From contig CAZQVL010000001.1 in the NCBI GenBank assembly GCA_964596715.1, positions 37,212-101,211 on the forward strand: a stretch of 64,000 bases of DNA, read 5' to 3'. The notes beneath the pieces are model-generated. The model saw only the letters and a program-made list of their open reading frames with translations. It did no database searches and had not been told where the DNA came from. Within the stretch, counting starts at the first letter, position 1; every line of letters begins with the position of its first letter. Shown piece by piece: positions 27,032 through 38,242 of this stretch. The position numbers and the translations under genes are program-made. Source of the stretch: an uncultured Rikenellaceae bacterium (GTDB taxonomy: Bacteria; Bacteroidota; Bacteroidia; Bacteroidales; VadinHA17).

Positions 27032-28975
27032 ATGAGCGGGTCAGTTAATAATCAGGATATCAGGAAATTTTCTTTTGCTGCTGCAATAATAACACTGGGC
27101 ATGGTTTTCGCGAGCATTGCAACCAGTCCTCTTTACGTTATGAATGCAGTTATTGCAGGAGGTAACGAAATAAATGAGCTTCTTATTTATGGCTCCCTGT
27201 CGTGTATATTCTGGACATTAACCCTTCAGACGACGATCAAGTATGTAAGTGTTGCTTCCACAGTCAGCAATAAAGGAGAGGGGGGGATATTTGCCCTTTT
27301 TACCCTTATTAAGCATAAAGCATCATGGATAGCAATCCTTACAATGACAGGTGCAAGCGTTCTTCTTGCCAATGCAGTTATAATGCCTGCCATCACGGTA
27401 ACTTCTTCAGTTGAAGGATTGAGATTGTTTGATCCTGATTTTCCGGTTATTCTGGTAATACTGATAACCTTTGCTCTGTGTTTTTTTATTCAGCAATTCG
27501 GGGCAAATGTTTTAAAAGTTACGATCGGTCCCATTATGGTTATATGGTTCTTAATGCTTGGCTTCACAGGTATTATTCATCTCGCCGGTTATCCTGTCAT
27601 TTTCAAAGCACTGAATCCGGAATATGCTGTGAGGTTTCTTTCGGAGTATCCGGGAGGATTTATTCTTCTGGGAGCTCTGTTTCTCTGTGTAACGGGAGCA
27701 GAAACACTTTATTCAAATCTGGGACAGATCGGAGCAAAAAACATGAGAGTTATCTGGATATTTGTAAAAGTCGTATTAATTGTCAATTATTTCGGGCAGG
27801 GTGCATGGCTGCTTACGCAGGGTGATCCAGGCAGGAATGTCAATCCGTTTTACGGAATGATGCCTGAATGGTTTCTAATTCCCGGTATAATTATTTCAAC
27901 GGCAGCTGCAATTATAGCGAGTCAGGCGCTTATACGAGGATCCTATACACTTCTCAGTGAGGCAATTTCGCTCAATTTCTGGCCAAGAATACACGTATTT
28001 CATCCGACACAACAAAAAGGTCAGGTTTATATTCCTTTATTAAACTGGTTCTTGTGGATTGCATGCAGTTTTGTTGTGATCTTTTTCAGGGAATCGCTCA
28101 ATATGGTGGGAGCTTACGGATTGTCGGCAATAATACCGATGATAATAACAACTCTTCTTCTCTCCTTTTATCTTTATAAAAGTGGGGTCAATCACCGGCT
28201 TGTTCTGTTATTCCTGATGGTTTTCCTGACATCGGAAGTAAGTTTCCTGATTGCCTACTTACACAGGGTTTTTAACGGTGGTTGGTTAACCATTATTCTT
28301 GCCTCTCTAATCTTTACTTTTATGTATGGATGGTATTTCGGAAGGAAAATCAAGAACAGATATATTACTTTTGCCGACCTGAATAAATATATTGATCTTT
28401 TCAGGGATCTGTCGCAGGACCAGTCAGTACCTAAAACTGCAACAAATATGGTTTATATCATTCGTGCCAACAAACACGATCAGGTTGAATCAAAAGTGGT
28501 CTATTCAATTTTTCACAGGCAACCCAAGCGTGCTGATACTTACTGGTTTTTGCACATCGACAGGATTGATGAACCCGGGAGGTTTGAGTATCAGGTAAGT
28601 CATATTATTCCGGGTGTGTTGATAAGGATTGATTTTCATATCGGATTTAAAGTTGAGCCAAAGATAAACCTGTATTTCAAAGAGGTGCTCGAAGATCTTG
28701 TGAACTCTGGTGAGATTAAACTTGAGAGCAGTTATGATTCACTTAAGAAACACGATTTCCCGGGAGATTTCAAGTTTATTCTTCTGGACAGAATAATGCC
28801 CCGCGATTTCAACCTGTCGAACTGGGAAAAGATCACACTTGTACTAAACAATATCTCTAAATATCTTAGTATTAGTGATATTAAGGCGCTCAAGCTTGAT
28901 TCCACAAGTACTATTGTTGAGCAGATTCCCATTACAGCTGATCAGCCTTATGGCCAGCGGATAAAAAGGATTTAA
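27032..28975 (+). CDS. kup: KUP/HAK/KT family potassium transporter
   Basis: The 647-aa protein has 12 TM helices plus a cytoplasmic C-domain. TSPLYV and GEGGIFAL motifs are present. Confidence 0.92.
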   Translation: MSGSVNNQDIRKFSFAAAIITLGMVFASIATSPLYVMNAVIAGGNEINELLIYGSLSCIFWTLTLQTTIKYVSVASTVSNKGEGGIFALFTLIKHKASWIAILTMTGASVLLANAVIMPAITVTSSVEGLRLFDPDFPVILVILITFALCFFIQQFGANVLKVTIGPIMVIWFLMLGFTGIIHLAGYPVIFKALNPEYAVRFLSEYPGGFILLGALFLCVTGAETLYSNLGQIGAKNMRVIWIFVKVVLIVNYFGQGAWLLTQGDPGRNVNPFYGMMPEWFLIPGIIISTAAAIIASQALIRGSYTLLSEAISLNFWPRIHVFHPTQQKGQVYIPLLNWFLWIACSFVVIFFRESLNMVGAYGLSAIIPMIITTLLLSFYLYKSGVNHRLVLLFLMVFLTSEVSFLIAYLHRVFNGGWLTIILASLIFTFMYGWYFGRKIKNRYITFADLNKYIDLFRDLSQDQSVPKTATNMVYIIRANKHDQVESKVVYSIFHRQPKRADTYWFLHIDRIDEPGRFEYQVSHIIPGVLIRIDFHIGFKVEPKINLYFKEVLEDLVNSGEIKLESSYDSLKKHDFPGDFKFILLDRIMPRDFNLSNWEKITLVLNNISKYLSISDIKALKLDSTSTIVEQIPITADQPYGQRIKRI

Positions 28976-29065
28976 TTTTAATAATATATTTTTATTAAGG
29001 ATAAAATTTTATATTGTAATTGTAATATTACGATTAGCCATTATATAATGTTAACAATCAATGTC

Positions 29066-30649
29066 ATGAAAAAAACTTGTTTCTTTTTAGCCTTTTTTGC
29101 TGCAGGTATCTGCAGTTTCAGTCAGTCTTCAGTCGCTCTGCTGGTAGATGCAGGAGCATCCGAACACATCATCAGCAGGCATATTTATGGCCATTTTTCA
29201 GAACATCTCGGAAGGTGTATTTACGATGGATACTGGGTCGATGAAAGCATGCCTGTCCCCAAAGATGATAGAATACGCATTGATATAGTGGATGCTTTGA
29301 AAAAGATAAATATCCCCAATCTGAGATGGCCCGGGGGATGTTTTGCAGATGAATACCACTGGCGTGACGGTATAGGACCCAGGGATCAGCGTCCGACCAT
29401 GATCAATACTAACTGGGGCAATGTTACGGAGGATAACAGTTTTGGAACACATGAATTCCTTAAGCTCTGTGAACTGCTTGGTACCGAACCTTTTATTGTC
29501 GGGAATCTGGGAAGTGGTACTATTGTGGAGATGTCTAACTGGGTAGAATACATGAATTTCAACGGTATTAGCCCGATGACCAACCTCCGCAGACAGAATG
29601 GACGCGAGGAGCCGTGGGGTGTATCATTCTTTGGTATCGGGAACGAAAACTGGGGTTGTGGTGGCAGTATGACACCGGAATATTATGTTACACAATACAG
29701 GCGGTATTCAACTTTTGTAGAGAATTACCCCGGGGCAACTCTCAGAAAGATAGCCTGTGGTCCGAGTTCGTTCAATTATCAGTGGACTGACGTAATTATG
29801 CAGGCGTTAGGTACCGGCAGAGGGGGAATGTGGGGAATGGATCTACACTATTACACTCGTCCTCCAAGAGGTCCGCGGGGCGCCCAGGGCCAGCAGAGTC
29901 CCGGGAGACAAAGCCAGGGTTCAGCTACCGACTTTACCGAAGAAACCTATTTCGGAACATTGCAGAATGCCCTTCGAATGGAAGAGATCATCATCGGACA
30001 TGATTCAATTATGACAAAGTATGATCCCCGCAAGAGAATAGCCCTTGTTGTAGGAGAATGGGGTATTTGGACAGATCCCGAGCCCGGAACAAATCCAAGG
30101 TTCCTTTACCAGCAGAACAGTCTTCGCGATGCCATAATTGCAGGATCAACATTAAACATATTCAATAACCATTGCGACAGGGTCAGAATGGCACAGCTCG
30201 CCCAGACAATCAATGTTCTGCAGGCTCTTGTTCTTACTGAAGGACCAAAAATGATTCTGACTCCTACATATCATGTTTTTGATATGTATAAAGTGCATCA
30301 TGATGCAAAAATGTTACCTGTTACATTCACAAGCCCCGATTATATTATGGGAGACCGGAAACTGCCTGCATTAAATATTTCTGCTTCTCAGGATTCACTG
30401 GGTACTATGCATATTACTCTTGTTAATATTGATCCCAATAATTCCATTAGTATAAGTACAACCGTGAATCAGATTAAATGGTCAACAGTTACCGGGCAGA
30501 TATTGACCTCAGCAAAGATTACGGATATTAATACATTTGACAAGCCCGGCACTGTTGTGATATCAAAATTTGACGGAGCCAGGAGGAGGGGAGAGCTTCT
30601 GAATGTTGAATTACCGGCGAAATCGGTTGTTATGCTTGAATTAAAATAG
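29066..30649 (+). CDS. GH51 alpha-L-arabinofuranosidase, secreted
   Basis: HIYGHFSEHLGRCIYDGYWV, RWPGGCFAD, GNENWGCGG (acid/base Glu) and VGEWG (nucleophile Glu) are present. The preferred start is ATG 29066 (MKKTCFF..). The track ORF begins at 29048. Confidence 0.9.
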   Translation: MKKTCFFLAFFAAGICSFSQSSVALLVDAGASEHIISRHIYGHFSEHLGRCIYDGYWVDESMPVPKDDRIRIDIVDALKKINIPNLRWPGGCFADEYHWRDGIGPRDQRPTMINTNWGNVTEDNSFGTHEFLKLCELLGTEPFIVGNLGSGTIVEMSNWVEYMNFNGISPMTNLRRQNGREEPWGVSFFGIGNENWGCGGSMTPEYYVTQYRRYSTFVENYPGATLRKIACGPSSFNYQWTDVIMQALGTGRGGMWGMDLHYYTRPPRGPRGAQGQQSPGRQSQGSATDFTEETYFGTLQNALRMEEIIIGHDSIMTKYDPRKRIALVVGEWGIWTDPEPGTNPRFLYQQNSLRDAIIAGSTLNIFNNHCDRVRMAQLAQTINVLQALVLTEGPKMILTPTYHVFDMYKVHHDAKMLPVTFTSPDYIMGDRKLPALNISASQDSLGTMHITLVNIDPNNSISISTTVNQIKWSTVTGQILTSAKITDINTFDKPGTVVISKFDGARRRGELLNVELPAKSVVMLELK

Positions 30650-30664
30650 GTTGTTTTAAATTAA

Positions 30665-31285
30665 ATGGAGATATTTCATTCTGTACTTGACTGGTACATG
30701 GCCAATCTGGACTATTTTACTGTTGCCCTGCTGATGACCGTTGAAAGTTCATTTATTCCATTTCCTTCAGAAGCCATTGTCCCATTTGCAGCATATAAAG
30801 CCGCCCAGGGTAACCTGAATATCTTCGGTGTTGTTGTCGCCGGTACTGTCGGTGCTCTCGCAGGTGCCCTGATCAACTATTATCTTGCCAGATATCTTGG
30901 ACGACCACTGGTTTATAAATTTGCAGATTCCACCGTAGGAAGGATGTTACTTCTTTCGAAAGATAAAGTCCGGCATGCAGAAGATTATTTCATCAGAAAT
31001 GGTAAATCATCCACATTCGTTGGCAGACTTGTTCCGGCTGTGCGCCAGTTGATATCGATCCCTGCAGGGCTTGCGGAGATGAATATAAGGGATTTCATCA
31101 TCTATACAGTTGCAGGAGCAGGGATATGGAATATTATACTGGCTGTTATTGGTTTCTTTCTTTATGAAGTAAGGGAGCAGATCTTCCCTTATCTTGGACA
31201 CATTCTGGTGTTACTTGGAGCCGGCTTTATCGTTTATCTTGTTATTAAAGCCCGAAAATCACGAAACAGGAATAAAAAGCAATAA
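30665..31285 (+). CDS. DedA family membrane protein
   Basis: ESSFIPFPSEAIVPFA...GR.VP.VR..IS.PAG are typical DedA/SNARE-associated motifs. Confidence 0.85.
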   Translation: MEIFHSVLDWYMANLDYFTVALLMTVESSFIPFPSEAIVPFAAYKAAQGNLNIFGVVVAGTVGALAGALINYYLARYLGRPLVYKFADSTVGRMLLLSKDKVRHAEDYFIRNGKSSTFVGRLVPAVRQLISIPAGLAEMNIRDFIIYTVAGAGIWNIILAVIGFFLYEVREQIFPYLGHILVLLGAGFIVYLVIKARKSRNRNKKQ

Positions 31286-31373
31286 CCTCTATAACACGGT
31301 CAGATGATGTCAGTTTGATTTTTACTTTCGAACACACTCTTTTTGTCAGATTATATGGTTAGCATAATGAACT

Positions 31374-33212
31374 TTATTTCAACCATTTATTTAGAATAGT
31401 AATTTGTTGGGCAGTTGGATTGTTCAAAGGTTTTATTTCAAAACTTCTTGTTGTTCTTTCTCCGAGGATTATTTCAAATGTATTAAATATTTCCCTGTGA
31501 GTCACCGATATTGTGACCTTGTCTCCTGGTTTTGCTGATGAAAGTCTTTCATTCAACAATTTATCAGTAGCTTTAACTCCGTCGATTTCCTTAATGACAT
31601 CCTGGGGACTTAATCCTGCCCAATAGCCGGGAGAATTCCATTCCACCGTGGTAATCAAAAGGTTATCAGCCTCTTCGCGAGTGGAAATTCCAAGCCAGCC
31701 TCCGGTTAATAAAACAGGACTTGTATTGATGTTTAAACCTGCATATGCGAGGTATTTTGAATAGTCAATATCCTGAGTTGTTGAAACATAAGTATCAAAT
31801 ATTTCGTCAAGAGAACAACCCGCTATTTTTTCACAGACATCACGAAACTCCTTATCAGTAAATCCCCGATCTTTCTCCTTATAATAAACCATATAAAGAG
31901 TCTTCATCACATCATCAAGAGAGCGCTTATTATCTGATTCATATCGGATTTTCAGATCGAGCAGCATCCCAAGAGCGCATCCCTTATCATAATAGGATAT
32001 TGTGGTATTAAATGAGTTTTCAGACCTGTTAAGGAAATATAACCAGGCATCAAAGCTTGATTGAGCTGCTGACTGGAATAGATGCCCTGGTATATTTTCA
32101 TAATTTGTTATACTCTTTTGTAATTCATTAAGAACATCCTCTCTTGTGCATAATCCGGCACGGTTCAATATAAGGTTCTGGTAATAGGATGTAACACCTT
32201 CCGAAAACCAGAGCATTGTGGTGTAGTTTTCCTCATCATAATCGAAGGGGCCAAGCTCTTCAGGCCTTATAGTTTTTACGTTATAAAGATGGAAGAACTC
32301 ATGTGCAACAAAACCAAGCCATCTCTTATATCCATCCCGGGTGTCAAAACTTGATGGATTCGAAAACACTGCCATTGAGTTTGTATGTTCAAGCCCTCCG
32401 CCACCTCTGTTCATTATAAGAAATGTATAATGTTTATAAGGTTTCTCTCCGACCACTGCTGTTGCAGCTTCAATAATCTTTTTATGGTCTTCAATAAATT
32501 TTGATCTGTCGATGTTGCCCGGATTTTCAACTGCCATCGTATAGGGAATTCCATCGATTTCAAATGATAGTATCTCGTGGTTTCCGACAAGTATTGGTGA
32601 ATCGTATAAGACATCAAAGTCGGCAGCAAAAAATGTGGTTTCTATATCAGGAACAGGATCAAGTCCTGTGGACACCTTCGTAAACTTTTCGTGAGGTACT
32701 ACTGTAACTGATACAGGATGATCTTTTTCTCCGGCTGGATGCATATATATTCCAGTCGGTGAGATAAAACCGCGGCCATCATCAAGAAAAGAATCAGCTA
32801 CGGATATTCTGAATGAATAGACATCATAACTTACTTTTACAAAACCTCGGGTTATTGAATTTACCTCCCATCTGTTTTTTTCAGTCTTTTTCCACGGGAG
32901 GCTTTTCCCGTTAATATCGAAAGCTTTAAAATTAACAATGTTCTTAGCGTAATCCATTATCATATAATACCCCGGGGTCCATGAGGGGAGTTTGAATTCC
33001 ACAGTTTTATCCTTCATTCCGGTGTAGGTAAAAGAAACATGGAAATAATGATTATTGGGATTTTCCATGGAGATGGTATACTCAATCCTGCTGGAAGGTT
33101 CCTTTTTCAGATCACTTTTCCAGGAAGCAAGTATCAGGATTCCTAATATAATATTAATTAGAATCCGATACTTCTGAATAGGAAGATTAATAATTCGGAT
33201 AAAAGTTTTCAT
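31374..33212 (-). CDS. M61 glycyl aminopeptidase family protein with C-terminal PDZ domain
   Basis: The HEFFHLYNV zinc motif, GGLEH and a C-terminal PDZ-like segment (GLSPQDVIKEIDG) are present. Confidence 0.85.
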   Translation of the reverse strand: MKTFIRIINLPIQKYRILINIILGILILASWKSDLKKEPSSRIEYTISMENPNNHYFHVSFTYTGMKDKTVEFKLPSWTPGYYMIMDYAKNIVNFKAFDINGKSLPWKKTEKNRWEVNSITRGFVKVSYDVYSFRISVADSFLDDGRGFISPTGIYMHPAGEKDHPVSVTVVPHEKFTKVSTGLDPVPDIETTFFAADFDVLYDSPILVGNHEILSFEIDGIPYTMAVENPGNIDRSKFIEDHKKIIEAATAVVGEKPYKHYTFLIMNRGGGGLEHTNSMAVFSNPSSFDTRDGYKRWLGFVAHEFFHLYNVKTIRPEELGPFDYDEENYTTMLWFSEGVTSYYQNLILNRAGLCTREDVLNELQKSITNYENIPGHLFQSAAQSSFDAWLYFLNRSENSFNTTISYYDKGCALGMLLDLKIRYESDNKRSLDDVMKTLYMVYYKEKDRGFTDKEFRDVCEKIAGCSLDEIFDTYVSTTQDIDYSKYLAYAGLNINTSPVLLTGGWLGISTREEADNLLITTVEWNSPGYWAGLSPQDVIKEIDGVKATDKLLNERLSSAKPGDKVTISVTHREIFNTFEIILGERTTRSFEIKPLNNPTAQQITILNKWLK

Positions 33213-33393
33213 GATAAAATGATTTAATTCAAATATTAAAGATAATTATTGGAATTGAATAGATAAATCTCCATTGGAAATTTAAAGAATGTGGTATTGA
33301 GTAAAAATCCTGGCAGAGGAGAATTGTTTTAAAACCTTAATGAAAGACAACTCAGACCACCATCGAGTTTGCGGAATTCAGACATGGGGGATG

Positions 33394-33750
33394 TTATTCC
33401 ACGATCTCTGCATTATCAAATTTATCAGTTTTAATATTCACGCTGGTATGGTGAACCTGCCGCACTCCCCGGCCTCCAAAGAATCCCCAGCCCCCGCTGC
33501 CCAGAAGGAATCCAAGGGCATACAATCCACCATTATTATTTTGAGCATACATTGTAATGTTATCATTGAACAGCATTCCTATAAAATCAAAAGGAGCAAT
33601 GAATCCATGCCATAATCCACCAAAGAATCCATAGGTATGTCCCGTCAGACATTGTTCAACGGATTCACTGTGAGCACATCCTGTCAGAGCAACAAGTAAG
33701 ATCAGTGCAAGAAACAAAAAAGAACCTGTTTGTAAAAAATTGTTTTTCAT
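33394..33750 (-). CDS. Hypothetical small lipoprotein, Gly/aromatic-rich
   Basis: It has a lipoprotein signal (LVALTGC) and GFFGG repeats. No family was recognised. Confidence 0.5.
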   Translation of the reverse strand: MKNNFLQTGSFLFLALILLVALTGCAHSESVEQCLTGHTYGFFGGLWHGFIAPFDFIGMLFNDNITMYAQNNNGGLYALGFLLGSGGWGFFGGRGVRQVHHTSVNIKTDKFDNAEIVE

Positions 33751-33773
33751 TGGAAGGATTATTAGATTTTAAT

Positions 33774-34202
33774 TTATTTTTTGCCCGGAAATCTGCCCGA
33801 AGTCGATTTAATGAACTTGATGTTTCTGAATCTCATAGCTGACCAGTTATCATCAACCGAGACTATACGAATGCCATAAAAGCCGCATTCGTTCAGTGAT
33901 TCCCAGCCGTGATCGCGATTGATATTCGAAGAATATTTTTTTGATGTCTTTTTAGGATAGCAAAACCATAAGATCCCGTCAACCTTAAGGTTGTGAAGCG
34001 CCAGTGGTGCCAGCTTTTTGACTTCAGTTACTTTTTTTACAAATATTATCATGAACTCGTAAGGGTAACGCTGGTCGATCTCCGTATCGATCTGTATATC
34101 CCTAAGCTCGTCCGACTGAGTAAAGGTAAAATCCTCTTCAGCATTTATAATTGCAATTCTATCCTGTCCCTTAAAATTTAACCTGGTAAAGAGGCTTTTC
34201 AT
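33774..34202 (-). CDS. Hypothetical cytoplasmic protein (142 aa)
   Basis: It is a clean ORF 23 nt upstream of the lipoprotein gene on the same strand. No family was confidently recognised. Confidence 0.5.
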   Translation of the reverse strand: MKSLFTRLNFKGQDRIAIINAEEDFTFTQSDELRDIQIDTEIDQRYPYEFMIIFVKKVTEVKKLAPLALHNLKVDGILWFCYPKKTSKKYSSNINRDHGWESLNECGFYGIRIVSVDDNWSAMRFRNIKFIKSTSGRFPGKK

Positions 34203-34994
34203 ACAATTTTTACGATTTAATTGCTAATTTAATATAAAATTGAGTATCTGGAATCATAAACATAGTTTTATTGATTTTCAAGCACCATGTAGATATTGTT
34301 AATGTAACAGAGGCCGGTAACCTGTCGCCAATGACATATTCAAACATCGAAAATGAAGAGTTGTAAAAACATAATTCGGGTCAGGGTCAGTTTAACTCCA
34401 TCGCTGGTTGAGACTTCTGAAGCCGGCAACGGTATAGGATATACGAGCTTCAGGAGCTGGGGTATTAGGGCAGCAGGATAATGGAATATTTTATAAAATT
34501 ATTCGAAAAATTTACTTATGACTAAAATACTCAGATATTTATTTGGTGGGTATAAATTTTTTTTATAAATTACACAATCTGAGATTTGTGCGTATTATTA
34601 TATGGTCATAAATATTAAAAAGAAAAGACACACGTATAGATCAGAAGGATAGCAATGCTTTTTTACAGTATTGCAAAGTGTTGATTGAGAAGGTTTTCAT
34701 GGATATTGTGATTTTACTAATGATATAATCTGGAAGAAATTATAAATTCTACAACTAACCTAAAAGTAAAAACCATTAATCGACTTGCCTATGAAACAAT
34801 CCAGATCACCCATTCCTAACAGAAAATTATTTCTAATTTATTAATTCTCTATGGGCAATAATGATTCCCTATGAGAGGGAATTTTATGCTTTTCCATGAA
34901 ACATCATGTAAAAAACTAACTTTAATACATAAAAAGTATGAGAAGAAAAATCCCACTAGTTGTTTCATTATCAGGAAAAAGATCAAAACTGATT

Positions 34995-37900
34995 ATGAAA
35001 CTAATAACTATGTTATTGTTATTTGGGGCAATTCAGACAATTGCTGCAGCAAGTACACTTGATGCCGGTATTGTCGCCTCAAACGATATGCAACAACAGC
35101 GGTTAGTCACAGGACAGATTACCGATGCTGCTGGTAATCCGCTGCCTGGTGTAAATATTATAGAAAAAGGCACTGTTACCGGTGCAATTTCAGGAGCAGA
35201 TGGCAACTATACCATTACTGTTGCTTCTGGAAGTTCAACTCTGAATTTTTCTTTTATAGGGTATGTCACTCAGGAAATTCTTGTCGGAAATCAAAACACT
35301 ATAGATGTGGTCCTTGTTGAAAGCGTTTCAGCATTGGATGAGATTATCGTTATCGGTTATTCAACTCAGGCAAGAAGATCTCTTACAGGTGCCGTTTCAA
35401 CGGTTAGTAGCGAAAGCTTGGCTGATAATACGGCACCCAGTGCAATTACCCGTTTACAGGGCCAGGCTGCCGGTGTGCAAATTCTCGGTTCACACACTCC
35501 GGGAGCTGGTGCAACTATCAGAGTTCGTGGTATGGGTACCATTAATGACAGTAATCCGCTTTGGGTAGTCGACGGTGTTCCCGGACAACTCGAAGTTCCC
35601 CCAAATGATATTGAATCAATTACTGTATTGAAAGATGCAGCAGCACAGGCTATTTATGGAGCAAGGGCTGCTAACGGGGTTATACTTGTCACAACAAAAT
35701 CCGGCAGAAGAAATCAGGCCGCCCAGATTAATGTAAATGTGAGAGGTGGTATAACACAGAACTCGAATTATTATGATCTGTTAAATACCGAGGAATATGG
35801 TGAAATGCTTTGGCTTGAAGCAGCAAACGCTGGAATTGTAGGTTTCGATCATGTGTTGTATGGCGATGGTGCTACACCTGACATACCTAAGTATATCAGG
35901 CCTGCAAGGGCTACAAGTGTAGATCTCAACCTGTATGATAACAAAATGGTTCACGAGGACGGAGATGATACATACCTCATTATGGAAGCCGCTGTACCAG
36001 GTACAGAATGGTTAAAAGTGATAGACCGGAATGCAAAGTATCAGGAGGTTACCGCTGATGTTTCCGGTGGTTCTGCAAATACTACCTATGCATTTCAGCT
36101 CGGCTACCTGTTAGAAGAAGGTATTTTGAAATATACCTCATTTGACCGGTATAGTTTCCGTTCCAATATTACCACTAATCCCGCTAAATGGATTGAAATT
36201 GGAGAAAAAGTTGGTATATCCTTCACTCAGGATCATGGTACCCAGGGAGACAACTCTGAAAGTACGATGATATCCCAGGCATATCGTATGCAACCAATAG
36301 TGCCGGTTTATGATGTAATGGGAAATTATGCCGGAACAAGAGCTGAAGGTACCGGAAACGGCAGGAACCCATTATTCCAGCTTGATGCCAATCAGCATGA
36401 TATTGACAAGAGAATGAACTTAAGTGGTAATATTTATTTAAAGCTTACCCTTTTGGAGGGATTATCAGCCCGTTCTCTTATTGGCGTTAGTTACTATTCA
36501 AGACATAATAAAAATTATGGGTTTGTTGAAGTTGCGTTTTCGGAAAGAGGTAAATATCCTTCTCTGAGTGAAACCGCCAATTATAACCTGAATTGGATCT
36601 GGACCAATACGATAGAGTACTCCAAACTTTTTGCCGGAGTACACGATCTTAAGGTAATTCTTGGTTGTGAAGCAATTGATAATAACAGTAATGATTTCAA
36701 TGGATCGAGATCGAACTTTTTCTCCCAGGAGATCAACTATATGCAGCTTGACACCGGTCTGGAGAGTATTAATAACGGAGGAGGCAGCAGTTCATGGAGT
36801 CTGTTCTCACTATTCGGACGTTTTAATTACAGTTATTCAGACAAATATATGATTGAAGCAGTTGTCCGTCGTGATGGTTCATCCCGTTTTGGTGAAGGTA
36901 ACCAATATGGTATTTTCCCCGCAGTTTCGGTTGGATGGAGAATATCAAACGAGAATTTCATGGCAACCACTTCCGACTGGCTGGATGAATTGAAGATGCG
37001 TGTCGGTTATGGTGAAACCGGAAATGACCGTATGGGTAATTATAACAGTTACACCAATTTTGATATCAATTACTATGACTCATTTTATCCTATCGATGGT
37101 GCCAATGCCACAACCGGTGCAACCGGGTTCTATAAATCCTCATTGGGTAATCCGAATGTAAAATGGGAGACCACAAAAACCACCAATATTGGTCTTGATG
37201 CAACCTTATTCTCGAGCCTGAATGTAAGTTTTGACGTATGGCAGAGGGTAACAACAGATATGCTTTATCCAAAGGAGATACCAATGGTATTGGGTCGGGT
37301 CTCTGCACCTTCAATTAATATCGGTGAGATGAAGAACAAGGGATTTGATCTTGAATTGGGATACACAAACAGTGCATTAAATGGCGATCTCAGGTATAGC
37401 ATTGATATGGAATTATCTCACTATAAAAATGAAATTGTAAAACTTACTGATAAAGAGACTGAGTTTATGCAAGGCGGTGGTTATCGTGAGATGATATATA
37501 CAAGAACTGAGACAGGACACGCTTTCCCTGAGTTCTTCGGATATTATGTTGATGGTATTTTTATGACCCAGCCGGAAGTTGACGCACATGCTCCGGCATT
37601 TGGACCTTTAGGGGATTATAACGAGCCTGGACGCTGGATTTACAGAGATACCAATATTGACGGTGTAGTTGATGCTGATGACCGTGATTATATAGGATCT
37701 CCCCACCCTGATTTTACAGCTGGTATGAATATCAATGTTGCCTACAAAGATCTCTCCGTGACAGCCTTCCTGTATTCCAGCTATGGCAACGAAATATGCA
37801 ACTATGTGAGCAGGTGGATTGATTTTGTCAATTTCCAGGGAGGACGTAGTCATAACAGGCTGTATAAATCATGGGGTAGCCCCTATCTTAGTGACAACGC

Positions 37901-38204
37901 CGATGCTGTACAGCCAAAGGCCGAAAACGACGATGTCGACAGCCAGTACCCTTCTACCGCATTTATAGAGGATGGTTCTTACCTTCGCCTGAAAACTTTG
38001 AGGTTGAGTTACAATTTCAACAGGCTTTTGGGAAACAGGTTCAGAAACCTGCAGGTTTTCGGACAAGTATCCAATCTGTTCACTATAACCAAATATTCGG
38101 GATTAGACCCTGAAATTGGTGGTGGTGGAATCAATATGGGTATAGATGCAGGAGCATGGCCAACACCAAGGCAATTCTTGTTTGGTATTACCCTTGGCAT
38201 TTAG
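34995..38204 (+). CDS. SusC/RagA-family TonB-dependent outer-membrane transporter
   Basis: It has a signal peptide, a carboxypeptidase-regulatory-like domain (VTGQITDAAGNPLPGVNIIEKGT), a plug (IVIGYSTQ) and a C-terminal beta-barrel ending ..FGITLGI. The preferred start is ATG 34995. Confidence 0.93.
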   Translation: MKLITMLLLFGAIQTIAAASTLDAGIVASNDMQQQRLVTGQITDAAGNPLPGVNIIEKGTVTGAISGADGNYTITVASGSSTLNFSFIGYVTQEILVGNQNTIDVVLVESVSALDEIIVIGYSTQARRSLTGAVSTVSSESLADNTAPSAITRLQGQAAGVQILGSHTPGAGATIRVRGMGTINDSNPLWVVDGVPGQLEVPPNDIESITVLKDAAAQAIYGARAANGVILVTTKSGRRNQAAQINVNVRGGITQNSNYYDLLNTEEYGEMLWLEAANAGIVGFDHVLYGDGATPDIPKYIRPARATSVDLNLYDNKMVHEDGDDTYLIMEAAVPGTEWLKVIDRNAKYQEVTADVSGGSANTTYAFQLGYLLEEGILKYTSFDRYSFRSNITTNPAKWIEIGEKVGISFTQDHGTQGDNSESTMISQAYRMQPIVPVYDVMGNYAGTRAEGTGNGRNPLFQLDANQHDIDKRMNLSGNIYLKLTLLEGLSARSLIGVSYYSRHNKNYGFVEVAFSERGKYPSLSETANYNLNWIWTNTIEYSKLFAGVHDLKVILGCEAIDNNSNDFNGSRSNFFSQEINYMQLDTGLESINNGGGSSSWSLFSLFGRFNYSYSDKYMIEAVVRRDGSSRFGEGNQYGIFPAVSVGWRISNENFMATTSDWLDELKMRVGYGETGNDRMGNYNSYTNFDINYYDSFYPIDGANATTGATGFYKSSLGNPNVKWETTKTTNIGLDATLFSSLNVSFDVWQRVTTDMLYPKEIPMVLGRVSAPSINIGEMKNKGFDLELGYTNSALNGDLRYSIDMELSHYKNEIVKLTDKETEFMQGGGYREMIYTRTETGHAFPEFFGYYVDGIFMTQPEVDAHAPAFGPLGDYNEPGRWIYRDTNIDGVVDADDRDYIGSPHPDFTAGMNINVAYKDLSVTAFLYSSYGNEICNYVSRWIDFVNFQGGRSHNRLYKSWGSPYLSDNADAVQPKAENDDVDSQYPSTAFIEDGSYLRLKTLRLSYNFNRLLGNRFRNLQVFGQVSNLFTITKYSGLDPEIGGGGINMGIDAGAWPTPRQFLFGITLGI

Positions 38205-38242
38205 CCGGTACATTTATTTATAAATATTTAAAAAATATAGAT

